The notes under the pieces were generated by a model. The model saw nothing but the letters and a program-made list of their open reading frames with translations, did not search any database and had not been told where the DNA came from. Shown here in pieces: positions 1 through 8,964 of a stretch of DNA of 33,058 bases. The stretch comes from Candidatus Methylomirabilia bacterium. GTDB lineage: Bacteria > Methylomirabilota > Methylomirabilia > Rokubacteriales > CSP1-6. The position numbers and the translations under genes were made by a program. The stretch is from NCBI GenBank assembly GCA_046758965.1, contig JBHIBG010000024.1, positions 1 to 33,058 on the forward strand, read 5' to 3'. How positions within the stretch are numbered: the first letter of the stretch is position 1; each line of letters begins with the position of its first letter.

Positions 1-19
1 GAATCGCGGACAGGACCTC

Positions 20-49
20 ATTCTACAGTGTGGAGCAAAGCCAGGACAA
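20..49 (-). promoter_or_regulatory. Putative sigma70-type promoter pointing out of the left edge of the window
   Basis: Minus strand reads TTGTCC-N18-TAGAAT. The target gene lies outside the window. Confidence 0.4.
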
Positions 50-154
50 GGCCCCGGGCCGCGCCCTCTCACATGGCGCAGTGACCCACTCTCCCTTCGA
101 TCGGAGCCGAGCTAAGGCTTCACACGATCCACAGGGCGGCGAAGAGGAGCGCCA

Positions 155-595
155 TCATACGTGCTCTGGATTTTGGACGCTCAAGCCCTCCGCACTCGCC
201 GCTTCGTTCAAGCGGTCATCAGAGGAGAGAAAGAGGAGCGGACCTAGCGTTTCCTCGGCCTTAAGCGCTGACGCCAGGTGGAGGGCGTCGAGTCCCCTGA
301 GAGCATGGGCGTCAACGAGACGGCCGGCGAGGAAGGCGACGTCCGACGCGACCCCCAAGATCGAGAAAATCGACGCCTCCCAGTCCTCTTGAAACCTCCT
401 GGCCACAGTCCGATAGGAAGCCTCGCTCATCTCCCGGAAGCGGCGTTTTCTGGCGAATGCCGCCCTGGCCTCCGGGAAGGCCAACAGAGACACCAGAAGG
501 CTATGCTCGCCGAGGATGAGCTTCGCAACCACCGACGACCCCCGCTCCTCACAGTAGCGCTTGACCAGAGCACTGGTGTCGAGATAGACGAGCAC
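155..595 (-). CDS. vapC: PIN-domain toxin of a type II TA system (VapC family)
   Basis: YLDTSALVKRY N-terminus, conserved Glu (FPEARAA), LRGLDALHLASA and SSDDRL motifs. 146 aa; starts immediately after the antitoxin stop. Confidence 0.92.
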   Translation of the reverse strand: MLVYLDTSALVKRYCEERGSSVVAKLILGEHSLLVSLLAFPEARAAFARKRRFREMSEASYRTVARRFQEDWEASIFSILGVASDVAFLAGRLVDAHALRGLDALHLASALKAEETLGPLLFLSSDDRLNEAASAEGLSVQNPEHV

Positions 596-883
596 CTATC
601 CACGGTCCTCGAGAACGACGCGTGAGACCGCCTTGCCCTTAATCTGGACCGGCCGTGTGGCCTTTGGCCGACGCTTCGCCAGCCTAAGCAGGAAACCGGA
701 CGCCATGGCCTCCCTCACCCGTCGCTCCAGTTCTTTCCCTTCGGTCGGAGAATTGCTACGCTCCTCCACAAAGCGGCGAATGAGGCTTCGCATGAGCCTA
801 ACCTTAGCGTACCCCTCTCGCTCACAGATCTGATCCAAGGCTTTGTACTCATCGTCGGGCAGCCGAATCGTCAACTGTTTCAC
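596..883 (-). CDS. Ribbon-helix-helix (CopG-like) antitoxin, VapB-type
   Basis: GTG start at 883 preceded by GGAGGAGG. KQLTIRLPDDEYKALDQIC is RHH-like. Directly upstream of the PIN toxin. Confidence 0.8.
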   Translation of the reverse strand: MKQLTIRLPDDEYKALDQICEREGYAKVRLMRSLIRRFVEERSNSPTEGKELERRVREAMASGFLLRLAKRRPKATRPVQIKGKAVSRVVLEDRG

Positions 884-915
884 AGGCCTCCTCCAAGTTA
901 GAATATGCTGCACTC

Positions 916-943
916 ATTCTACATCAAATGACAGCAAATGCAA
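916..943 (-). promoter_or_regulatory. Putative promoter of the vapBC operon
   Basis: TTGCAT-N16-TAGAAT on the minus strand in an AT-rich patch, about 30 nt upstream of the antitoxin start. Confidence 0.55.
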
Positions 944-973
944 CCATTATCAGGCGTTGTGTCGGAGACTTTC

Positions 974-1192
974 TCACCGGGGCGGCGGAGTGAAGCGGGT
1001 TGAACGCTTGAGCAGCTGCCTGAGCGTCCCCTCGAGCTCGGACAGGGTGGAGCGCTTGACCCGGAGCCGGACCGCCTCGACCGGCTCATCGCTCCCCACC
1101 CGATGGATCAGGAGGATTCCCGCGAACTCCTCGGCCGTCTCGTCGGTCGCCGCCAGGCCACGGACTCCCACGAGCTCCCACTCTTGGCTCAT
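974..1192 (-). CDS. Small hypothetical protein (72 aa, MSQEWELVGVRGL...)
   Basis: Strong RBS GAGGAGGAG 4 nt before ATG 1192 and host-like codon usage. It is the only part of the 974..2104 track ORF that is not antisense to zwf. Confidence 0.75.
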   Translation of the reverse strand: MSQEWELVGVRGLAATDETAEEFAGILLIHRVGSDEPVEAVRLRVKRSTLSELEGTLRQLLKRSTRFTPPPR

Positions 1193-1366
1193 GATTCTCC
1201 TCCTCACCATCCAACGGGGCCGGATCAGGATCGAAACCCGCTCCCGGCAATGATAATACTTGAGCGATCCATTGTGTCTGCTCCCGACTCTTGAGATACT
1301 GGATTTCACCGTGGGATCCGGTCCCGGTTCACCCGAGAGGGGCCTGGGGATGAGGGAGGTGAACGG

Positions 1367-2857
1367 ATGACCCCGGAGAACCCCTTTTCGCTCGCCATCT
1401 TCGGCGCCTCCGGCGACCTCACGCGGCGCAAGCTCATCCCCGCTCTGTGGAGCCTCTTTCAGAGTCGAATCCTCCCCGAGCCCTTCGCCATCGTCGGCTG
1501 TGCCAGAAGCCAGCTGAGCCACGAAGCCTTTCGCCAGCGGATGCGTGAGGCCATGGTCCACTTTGCCAGAGTCCAGCCCCCGTTCCTTCACATCTGGGAA
1601 CGTTTCGCCCAAAACCTCTTTTACTGCCCGGGCGACCTCAACGACCCTGCCCTCTACGACCGCCTGCGCGAGCTCCTCTCCCAGGTCGAGCGCGAGAGGG
1701 GGATCCCGAGTAACCGCCTCTTCTACTGCGCCACCTCCCCCAGCCACTACCCCGCCGTTGTCACCCGGCTCGGCGCCGCGGGTCTCAACCAGGAGCAGAC
1801 CGGGTGGTCTCGGATCGTTATCGAGAAGCCGTTCGGACGAGACCTGGCAAGCGCCAGGGCCCTGAACCAGATCGTCTCGCAGGTCTTCAGGGAGGAGCAG
1901 GTATACCGGATCGACCACTACCTGGGGAAGGAAACAGTCCAGAACATCCTGGTGTTTCGCTTCTCCAACGGGATCTTCGAGCCCCTCTGGAACCGGCAGC
2001 ACGTGGACCATGTCCAGATCACCGTGGGGGAAACGCTCGGTGTGGAAGGGCGCGGCGCCTACTACGAGGAGGCCGGAGCGCTCCGGGACATGATCCAGAA
2101 CCACCTCCTCCAGCTTCTCTGCCTGGTGGCCATGGAGCCCCCCGTGACCTTCGATGCTGACCCCGTTCGGGACGAGAAGAGCAAGGTGCTCCGGGCCATG
2201 CGCCCCATCGAGCGCGACCGTGTGGAGGAGATCGCCGTGCGCGGCCAGTACGGCGCGGGCTACGTCAATGGGCAGCAGGTGCCGGGTTATCGGACCGAGA
2301 AAGATGTGGCACCTGACTCGTGCACCGAGACCTACGCGGCCCTCAAGCTATTGGTCGACACATGGCGCTGGGCCGGAGTGCCGTTCTACCTCCGGACCAG
2401 CAAGCGCCTCGCCAAGTCGGTCAGTGAGATCGCCATCCAGTTCAGGCGGACCCCCCACCTCCTCTTCCGCCACGATCCCACACAAGAGGTGCAGCCGAAC
2501 CTGCTCACCCTCAGGATTCAACCCGACGAGGGGATCGCGATCACCTTCGGCGCCAAGCTTCCGGGCCCCGATCTCCGGATCCGCCCGGTCACTATGGACT
2601 TCGCCTATGGCGCAGCCTTCGGGGGAAAGTCCCCCGAAGCCTACGAGCGCCTCCTCTTGGACGTCATCTACGGCGACTCGACCCTTTACGCCCGCAGCGA
2701 CTGGGTGGACTTGGCCTGGCACCTCCTGACGCCGGTCCTCGAGGCCTGGGCAGAGGCGCCGGCGCCCAAGTTTCCGAACTACGAGGCCGGGAGCTGGGGA
2801 CCCCAGGATGCAGACAGGGTCATGGCAGGCGACGGCCGGCAATGGCGCCGGCTCTGA
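1367..2857 (+). CDS. zwf: Glucose-6-phosphate 1-dehydrogenase
   Basis: [35 protein letters not shown] and [11 protein letters not shown] motifs. RBS GGAGGT. Confidence 0.97.
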   Translation: MTPENPFSLAIFGASGDLTRRKLIPALWSLFQSRILPEPFAIVGCARSQLSHEAFRQRMREAMVHFARVQPPFLHIWERFAQNLFYCPGDLNDPALYDRLRELLSQVERERGIPSNRLFYCATSPSHYPAVVTRLGAAGLNQEQTGWSRIVIEKPFGRDLASARALNQIVSQVFREEQVYRIDHYLGKETVQNILVFRFSNGIFEPLWNRQHVDHVQITVGETLGVEGRGAYYEEAGALRDMIQNHLLQLLCLVAMEPPVTFDADPVRDEKSKVLRAMRPIERDRVEEIAVRGQYGAGYVNGQQVPGYRTEKDVAPDSCTETYAALKLLVDTWRWAGVPFYLRTSKRLAKSVSEIAIQFRRTPHLLFRHDPTQEVQPNLLTLRIQPDEGIAITFGAKLPGPDLRIRPVTMDFAYGAAFGGKSPEAYERLLLDVIYGDSTLYARSDWVDLAWHLLTPVLEAWAEAPAPKFPNYEAGSWGPQDADRVMAGDGRQWRRL

Positions 2858-2894
2858 CGACCCCGAGCGGGTCGCCAGGAGTTTTCGAACGACG

Positions 2895-3314
2895 CTAGTA
2901 GCGCCGGGCGGGACTTGGCACGGTGACGACTCGGGTCGCGGTGACCTCCGCCCAGGTGTAATACCACCCCTCCCAGATCCTCACCTGAAGGGAGTCGCCG
3001 TTCTTCTCGTAGACCTGGGTCGTCCCCTGCTTGGCGAGGGTGGTGGAACTGATATGTCGCCATCCGTTGGCCTCCAGCGTGGCGCGGAAGGCTGCGGCTA
3101 GGCTCTGGGATTCGAGGCGGCCCTTGTAGAAGAGACGAGCGCTCTTGACGGTGGGAGACTCGATGATGGTGGACTTGCTCAGATCCAGCTTGAGCCCCTT
3201 CGGGACCAGGACATCATCAAACTCACTCCTGACCGCCCGAGGCGAGGCCGTGGCACACCCCGCCACGAGGAGGAGGCTCAACCCGAGGACTGCCCACTGG
3301 CCAGAACGGTTCAT
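2895..3314 (-). CDS. Hypothetical lipoprotein
   Basis: ATG 3314 with GGAG upstream. Signal peptide with lipobox LVAG-C. Confidence 0.75.
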   Translation of the reverse strand: MNRSGQWAVLGLSLLLVAGCATASPRAVRSEFDDVLVPKGLKLDLSKSTIIESPTVKSARLFYKGRLESQSLAAAFRATLEANGWRHISSTTLAKQGTTQVYEKNGDSLQVRIWEGWYYTWAEVTATRVVTVPSPARRY

Positions 3315-3500
3315 CAACGCTCTCTCCAGGCTCCTGATACTCTGGGGCAATCCTACTACAGCCCCGGGAACCCACCCAGGAAATTCTGCGACCCGGCTCT
3401 CCGGAGGGTCTCACGCTCCCTCAATCCCAAGGGAGAGCGGTCGGGGATCTTTGGTTCGATGCCCGGGGTTGTCCATCCGCGTGGTTTAGGGAGGTCCGAG

Positions 3501-4793
3501 ATGCATACCCGCCATCCCTTTACTCGCACCGCTGCCCTGGTCGTGGCTGGCGCCCTCTTCGCGGGGTGCGCCACCACGAACGTGCCCCCCATGGGCTTTC
3601 AGGGTCAGCCCTTCAAGCCCGAGGCGGACGAGCGGCGGATCTGGGCCAAGGCGGAGAAGGAAGCCCAGAAGCTCGAGACGCTGAACAAGCTCTACGACGA
3701 CCCCCTGCTTGAGGAATACCTGGCCCGGGTGGCCGATCGCTTGATCCCCGATCAGGTGAAGGAGGCGGGCGGCCCGGGCTTCCGATTCGCGGTCTTCAGG
3801 GATCCGAGCCTCAATGCCTTCGCGATGCCCCACGGGCGGGTGTATCTGCACACCGGGCTCCTGGCCCGGCTGGAGAGTGAGGCTCAGCTCGCCACCATCC
3901 TCGCCCACGAGCTCACTCACGTGACCCACCGCCATCCGCTTAGGGCCTTCCGCGATCAGCGGAACAAGCGCTTCCTCTTCGGCGCCGCGGGGATCGCCGC
4001 CAGCCTCGCAGTCGCGGTCGCCGCCGGCGAGCAGGCGCGACGGGGTCACCCGGTCAGCGCTGAGGTGCTGAGGCAGACCGGAAACGTGCTGCTCGGGTTG
4101 GGGCTTACACTCGCCTATGCGGCATCAGTCACGGGTTACAGCCGCGACTTGGAACGGGAGGCCGACGAGGAAGGCATGGCCCGGCTCGTGAAGGCGGGGT
4201 ATGACCCGAATGAGGCCCCGAAGGTCTTCGAGCTCTTCAAGAAGGACCACGGCGACCGCGGCCCGCTCGAAACCTTCTTCTTCGGGAGCCACCCCCGCCT
4301 GGCCGAGCGCATCGAGAACGCCACGCGGCTGCTCCGCACGCGCTACGCCGTGGAGGCCTCCGAGGAGGGCAGAGTCGTGGACACCCCCGAGTTCTCCCTC
4401 CGCCTCAGGACCGTCATCAGGGAGAACGCTCTGCTGGACCTCAGAGCCGGCCGCTTCAACCTGGCCAAGGCCCAGCTGGACCGAGTGCTCGCCTTGACGC
4501 CGCGAGATCCCACCGCCCAGCTCTACTATGGCGATCTCTACCGGCTTCAAGCCCAGCGGGCCAAGAGCTCGGCGGACAAGCAGGACCTCGCGCGCCTGGC
4601 GATTGAGCGCTACGAGCAGGCTTCCACGCTGGACCCGACCTTCGCGGACCCCTTCCGCCAGCTCGGCTTCCTCTACTACCAGCAGCAGGAGCTGGACCGG
4701 GCGCGGGAGGCCTTTCAGCGCTACCTGGCGCTTAAGCCAGAGGCGCCCGACGCGAGGCGGATCAAGGAGTACCTCCTCGAGCTGGAGCGCTGA
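3501..4793 (+). CDS. M48-family zinc metallopeptidase lipoprotein with C-terminal TPR repeats (BepA/YfgC-like)
   Basis: RBS GGAGGT before ATG 3501; lipobox LFAG-C; NAFAMP, HELTH (HEXXH), YSRDLEREAD and SHP motifs; TPR-like helical tail. Confidence 0.9.
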   Translation: MHTRHPFTRTAALVVAGALFAGCATTNVPPMGFQGQPFKPEADERRIWAKAEKEAQKLETLNKLYDDPLLEEYLARVADRLIPDQVKEAGGPGFRFAVFRDPSLNAFAMPHGRVYLHTGLLARLESEAQLATILAHELTHVTHRHPLRAFRDQRNKRFLFGAAGIAASLAVAVAAGEQARRGHPVSAEVLRQTGNVLLGLGLTLAYAASVTGYSRDLEREADEEGMARLVKAGYDPNEAPKVFELFKKDHGDRGPLETFFFGSHPRLAERIENATRLLRTRYAVEASEEGRVVDTPEFSLRLRTVIRENALLDLRAGRFNLAKAQLDRVLALTPRDPTAQLYYGDLYRLQAQRAKSSADKQDLARLAIERYEQASTLDPTFADPFRQLGFLYYQQQELDRAREAFQRYLALKPEAPDARRIKEYLLELER

Positions 4794-4796
4794 GGA

Positions 4797-5387
4797 TCAG
4801 ACAGGGACCACGTCAGCGGCATCGATCTCCACTGACGCGGCCTGGCGGATCAGGTCGATAGAGAGGACGAGCCGGCTGGCACGGTCCTTTCGAAGGAGCC
4901 GGCCCCGCGCACCGAGCAGCGGTCCCCGAACGACTTCCACCTCCATCCCCTCGGAGAGGAACGGGTGCGGATCGTAGCGGAGCCGGCTGCCCACGAGCGT
5001 CTTGATGGCCTCAATCTCCGCCTCCGAAATCGGTTCGGCCTGACCGTTGATTCCGACCAGCCCCACGACCCCGACGGCCTTGAGAACCAGAAGCCGGCTG
5101 GTCAGCGGGACCCGCACGAAGCAGTAGCCCGGGAAGAGCGGGAACGGGATCTTCTTCTTCCGATCCTTCCACCGGCTCCACCGCTCCCAGAGCGGCAGGA
5201 ACACCTCCAGGTCCCGGCCAAGCAACTGGTCCCGAACCTTCTTCTCGTGGCGGGAGCGCGTCCGGACAGCGTACCAGTGAGGCTCGGCCGGGAGAAGCTC
5301 GGGCGCTGCGTTGCTCAGCTCGGAGCGTTGAACGACCATGTCTGGACCCGCCAGACTCATGAGTTGCGGCACCACCGATTCTGCCAC
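4797..5387 (-). CDS. UpxY/RfaH/LoaP-like NusG-paralog transcription antiterminator (start uncertain, alternatives 5360 and 5339)
   Basis: NGN domain WYAVRTRSRHEKKV...PLFPGYCFV and KOW motif GMEVEVVRGPLLGARG. Confidence 0.9.
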   Translation of the reverse strand: MAESVVPQLMSLAGPDMVVQRSELSNAAPELLPAEPHWYAVRTRSRHEKKVRDQLLGRDLEVFLPLWERWSRWKDRKKKIPFPLFPGYCFVRVPLTSRLLVLKAVGVVGLVGINGQAEPISEAEIEAIKTLVGSRLRYDPHPFLSEGMEVEVVRGPLLGARGRLLRKDRASRLVLSIDLIRQAASVEIDAADVVPV

Positions 5388-5407
5388 ACCAGCGAGGAAA
5401 ATTCACT

Positions 5408-5447
5408 CTCTACTAAGCCGGGGGTTCGAGTCCCACCGTAGAGTCCA
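5408..5447 (+). other. tRNA 3'-end-like fragment (T-arm, acceptor strand and CCA); not a full tRNA
   Basis: GGGGG-TTCGAGT-CCCAC-CGTAGAG-T-CCA has correct tRNA 3' spacing. No D or anticodon arm lies upstream. Confidence 0.4.
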
Positions 5448-5536
5448 GAAAATCAGGCACTTAGCCGTCGGCACCGCTCGCCAAAGCGGCTGACGCCCCT
5501 TCATCGGTGGTGCGATAGTTGCCGCACGTTCACCAC

Positions 5537-5565
5537 TTGACAGCCTGGCCCGGTCCCCCTAGACT
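5537..5565 (+). promoter_or_regulatory. sigma70-type promoter of the ABC transporter operon
   Basis: TTGACA-N17-TAGACT, 112 nt upstream of ATG 5678. Confidence 0.75.
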
Positions 5566-5677
5566 CCCGGCAAGTCCCAAATCTGACCGCCAAGGGGGGG
5601 TACCGTCAGGGAGGGAGTTTTAGCTTCGGGCGGGCTGCCGAAGATGGCGTCCCGCGCCAGAATGAGGAGGAGCGGAC

Positions 5678-6892
5678 ATGACGAAGAAAAGGCTTCTGAC
5701 AACCGTGCTTATCGCCGGCTTCGCCGCCGTTGCCCTGCCTTTTGCCGGCACGGCATGGGCGGACCACAGGCCGGGCAACGTCGTAACAGTTGGAATTGCG
5801 ATCTCGCAGACCGGGCGCTATGCCGAGCCAGCCGGGCGGTTTGTGAACTCCTACAAGCTGTTCGTCGACCAGCGGAATGCCGGCGACGGCTGGCTGGGAC
5901 ACAAGATCAAGCTGGTTATTCTGGACGATAAGTCAGACAAGCAGACCAGCATCAAGCTCTACGAGAAGCTGATCACGCAGGATAAGGTCGACCTCACCAT
6001 GGGGCCGTATTCGAGCGGGATCACAAACGCCGTCGCCAACGTCCTTGAGCGCTACAAGTATCCCGCCTTAGCGCCTGGCGCCGCTACGGGCAGCATCTGG
6101 AAGCAGGGCCGGAAGTACATCTTCAACATCGTCGCGGTCTCCGGGGACTATCAAAAAGGCGCGATCCACATTGCAAAGGAGATCGGCGTGAAGCGGATCG
6201 CCATCATCGGCGAGGACACCCTTTTCCCCACGGCGGCCTCTGATGGCGCGGAGAGGTGGGCGAAGAAACTCGGCATCGAGGTGGTGCTGAGGGAGAGCTA
6301 TCCCAGAAAGCAGACCGACTTCACCGCTCTCCTTCGGAAGATCAAGGCCCGCCGCGCTGAAGCCATCATCTCGAACAGCTACTTCGCCGACGCGGTCGCC
6401 CAGATCCGGCAGCTCCGCGAGCTGAACATCAACATGAAGATCTTCGCCGGAACGGTGGGCCCCGGGCTCCCGAGGTTCGCCCAGCAGCTCGGCAGCACCG
6501 CCGAGTACGTTCTGGGGTTCTCCCAGTGGGAGCCCAAGCCCGAGATTCTGAAGCGCCCCGGGATGGAGGACTTTATCGCGGCGTATGAGAAGCGCTACGG
6601 CGTAAAGCCCAACTACCATGCGGGGATGGCTTACTCGGCGATGCAGATCCTGGAGGCTGCCGTGAAGAAGGCCGGCAGCTTCGATCGCGATAAGGTCTGG
6701 CAAGCGCTCCGCACCCAGAAGGTCACGACGGTCGCCGGCCCGTGGAAGGTTGACGAGGACAACATGAACCAGCACGAGGGACTGACCTTCCAGATTCTCG
6801 AGGGTCAACGGAAGATCGTCTGGCCGGTGGCGATCTCGGAGGCTGCCTATCAGCTCCCGATGCCCCAATGGGAGGACCGTCCAAAGAAGTAA
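5678..6892 (+). CDS. Liv-type (branched-chain amino acid/HAAT family) ABC transporter substrate-binding protein
   Basis: Sec signal ending AWA; motifs SQTGRYA, LDDKSD, GPYSS, TDFTALL. First gene of a livKHMGF-like operon. Substrate unknown. Confidence 0.9.
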   Translation: MTKKRLLTTVLIAGFAAVALPFAGTAWADHRPGNVVTVGIAISQTGRYAEPAGRFVNSYKLFVDQRNAGDGWLGHKIKLVILDDKSDKQTSIKLYEKLITQDKVDLTMGPYSSGITNAVANVLERYKYPALAPGAATGSIWKQGRKYIFNIVAVSGDYQKGAIHIAKEIGVKRIAIIGEDTLFPTAASDGAERWAKKLGIEVVLRESYPRKQTDFTALLRKIKARRAEAIISNSYFADAVAQIRQLRELNINMKIFAGTVGPGLPRFAQQLGSTAEYVLGFSQWEPKPEILKRPGMEDFIAAYEKRYGVKPNYHAGMAYSAMQILEAAVKKAGSFDRDKVWQALRTQKVTTVAGPWKVDEDNMNQHEGLTFQILEGQRKIVWPVAISEAAYQLPMPQWEDRPKK

Positions 6893-6941
6893 GCTCGTGT
6901 TTCAGGCGCTGTCGAAGTCTTAGCCCGGTAACGTTGCGCAC

Positions 6942-6971
6942 AGGCCGGGGTCGTGGTTTTGGCCCCGGCCT
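6942..6971 (+). terminator. Stem-loop after the binding-protein gene (partial terminator or mRNA stabiliser)
   Basis: AGGCCGGGGTC-N8-GGCCCCGGCCT, an 11-bp stem with one G-U pair and only a weak U tail. Confidence 0.5.
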
Positions 6972-7026
6972 TCTGCAGAGAGGATGTTTCTTGCCGTTGG
7001 CCCGCCGACCCTGAGGTCTTTGACGA

Positions 7027-8013
7027 ATGGATAGGGCGGAATCCCGCAGCCGGTACTTGCTGGCAGGATTCTTGGCGGTTACCTACGCCATCCCTTTTGC
7101 CATTGGGATCTGGACGGAGAACGTCTTCTTCGACAGGGAATGGCTCGCCGATCTCACGACCATCATTCTCGGCGGCCTCATGCAGGGCGGCGTCTACGCC
7201 ATGTTCGCCGTCGGCCTCACCTTGATCTTCGGAGTCATGCGGATCATCAACGTGGCGCACGGCGAGATGGTGATGCTGGGGGCGTACCTGACCTGGACCA
7301 GCTTTTTCTACCTCGGCTCCGATCCTTTGCTTGCGCTGCTATGGACCTTGCCCATCGCCTTCGCCCTGGGTTGGCTGATTCAGAAATTGCTCTTGAACGC
7401 CGTGGTCGGTGGCCCCGAGCTCACGCCCCTGCTCATCACCTTCGGCCTCGGCCTCGTCATGATCCACACCGTTGAGGCGATCTTCACCACCGACTTCCGC
7501 ACCATTCCCTACGCCCCCGACGCCCTGCAGATCACCGAATCCATCGCCGTTGGAAGATCCCGGGTCATCAGCTTTCTGATGGCCGCGTTCATATCAATCG
7601 GCGTGTTCCTCTTCTTGAAGAAACATCGGCTCGGCAAGGCGATCCGTGCGACTGCGCAGAACGCGGACGTGGCCATGGTGTGCGGCATCCACATCTACGG
7701 CATCTATCTGATCACCTCGGGCCTGGGCGCCGCCCTGGCCGCCGCGGGCGGGGCGCTCGTGTCCATCCAGTTCGGCTTCAACCCGGAAACCGGAATTCTG
7801 TACACACTCCAGGCCTTCGCCATCATCATCCTCGGCGGCCGTGGCCATTACATCGGGGCGCTGATCGGCGGGCTCATGCTCGGCGTGCTGGAAAATCTGG
7901 TTTCGTTCATGATCCCGAACGGTACGGCGATGGTGGAGATCGCCTCGTATGGGCTCATTATCTTCGTGCTCTTGATCCGCCCGCAGGGCCTGCTGGGCAT
8001 GAAGGAAAGGTAG
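7027..8013 (+). CDS. ABC transporter permease, LivH-like
   Basis: GLTLIFGVMRIINVAHGE, LGKAIRATAQN and IRPQGLLG motifs; hydrophobic. Confidence 0.92.
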   Translation: MDRAESRSRYLLAGFLAVTYAIPFAIGIWTENVFFDREWLADLTTIILGGLMQGGVYAMFAVGLTLIFGVMRIINVAHGEMVMLGAYLTWTSFFYLGSDPLLALLWTLPIAFALGWLIQKLLLNAVVGGPELTPLLITFGLGLVMIHTVEAIFTTDFRTIPYAPDALQITESIAVGRSRVISFLMAAFISIGVFLFLKKHRLGKAIRATAQNADVAMVCGIHIYGIYLITSGLGAALAAAGGALVSIQFGFNPETGILYTLQAFAIIILGGRGHYIGALIGGLMLGVLENLVSFMIPNGTAMVEIASYGLIIFVLLIRPQGLLGMKER

Positions 8014-8025
8014 CGCAGGGATCCC

Positions 8026-8964
8026 GTGACCCGGCATGAGCACATCCGCAACCTGGCCTTGATGGGGGTCTGGCTGATCGCGCTCGTGTTCCTGCCGTTC
8101 CAGGTGTCGGTGTACCTCCGCTCGTTCCTCATGTTCACCATGATGTACGTGGTGCTTGCGCTGAGCTGGAACATCATCAGCGGGTACACGGGCTACACCT
8201 CCTTCGGCCACGTGGTCTTCTACGGCATCGGTTCGTACGCGGCCGCGATCCTGGTGGCGGATCATGGGTGGCATTGGCTGGCGACCCTCGGCGTCGGGGC
8301 TCTGCTGAGTTTCCTGGTCGCCATCGCGATCGGCTATCCCGTGCTCCGCCTGAAGGGCCCCTATTTCGCGATCGCCATGCTGGGCGCGGCCGAGGGCACC
8401 CGCGTCATCACCACGGTGTGGGCGAGTCTCACGCATGGCGGACTCGGAATCAGTTTTCCGAACGTGGAAAACTCGATGGAGACCTATTTCGCCATGATGG
8501 CCCTGATGATCGTCACCATTCTGGTCTCCTACTGGGTGGCCCACTCCCGGTTCGGAATCCGGCTCAACGCCATCCGCGAGGATGAGGTCGCGGCCGACTC
8601 GCTCGGAATCAACACGACGTTCTACAAGCTCTCGGCCTTCGCCCTCTCAGCTATTTTCCCGGCGGTCGCCGGCGGCATCCAGGCGTCCAAGGTGCTCTAC
8701 ATCGACCCGGAAACCGAATTTTTCATCCAGGTCACCATCACGATGGCGCTCATGGCGATGCTCGGCGGAAAGGGTACCGTCATCGGCCCGATCATCGGCG
8801 CGATCATCCTCTACTCCGTGCAGGAGATCGTGTGGGTCAAATTCCCGACGGCCCACCTCATCGCCTACGGCACCTTCATCATCCTCGTGGCGCGCTTCAT
8901 GCCGCGGGGGCTCATGGGAGTGGCGGTTGACCGGGGGTGGGCCCGGAAGGGGATGGTCCACTAG
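8026..8964 (+). CDS. ABC transporter permease, LivM-like
   Basis: WNIISGYTGYTSFGH, LRLKGPYFAI, AIREDEVAA and MLGGKGTVIGP motifs. Confidence 0.92.
   Translation: MTRHEHIRNLALMGVWLIALVFLPFQVSVYLRSFLMFTMMYVVLALSWNIISGYTGYTSFGHVVFYGIGSYAAAILVADHGWHWLATLGVGALLSFLVAIAIGYPVLRLKGPYFAIAMLGAAEGTRVITTVWASLTHGGLGISFPNVENSMETYFAMMALMIVTILVSYWVAHSRFGIRLNAIREDEVAADSLGINTTFYKLSAFALSAIFPAVAGGIQASKVLYIDPETEFFIQVTITMALMAMLGGKGTVIGPIIGAIILYSVQEIVWVKFPTAHLIAYGTFIILVARFMPRGLMGVAVDRGWARKGMVH

Noticed and set aside
17..923. 11-bp direct repeat CTCATTCTACA (17-27 and 913-923) flanking vapBC, as a possible target-site duplication
   Set aside because: Both copies read TGTAGAATGAG on the minus strand, i.e. TAGAAT -10 boxes. 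The same core recurs near 16716 and 28446, so promoter convergence explains it.
1193..2104. Upstream part of the 376-aa minus-strand ORF
   Set aside because: Antisense shadow of zwf; only 974-1192 has an RBS and independent coding signal.
5370..5447. Complete tRNA gene
   Set aside because: No D arm or anticodon arm, a mismatch in the T stem, and an acceptor strand matching no tRNA I recognise.
5572..5677. Glycine riboswitch before the ABC binding protein
   Set aside because: Has a GCCGAAG-like stretch but lacks the GGAGA and CTCTCAGG conserved blocks.
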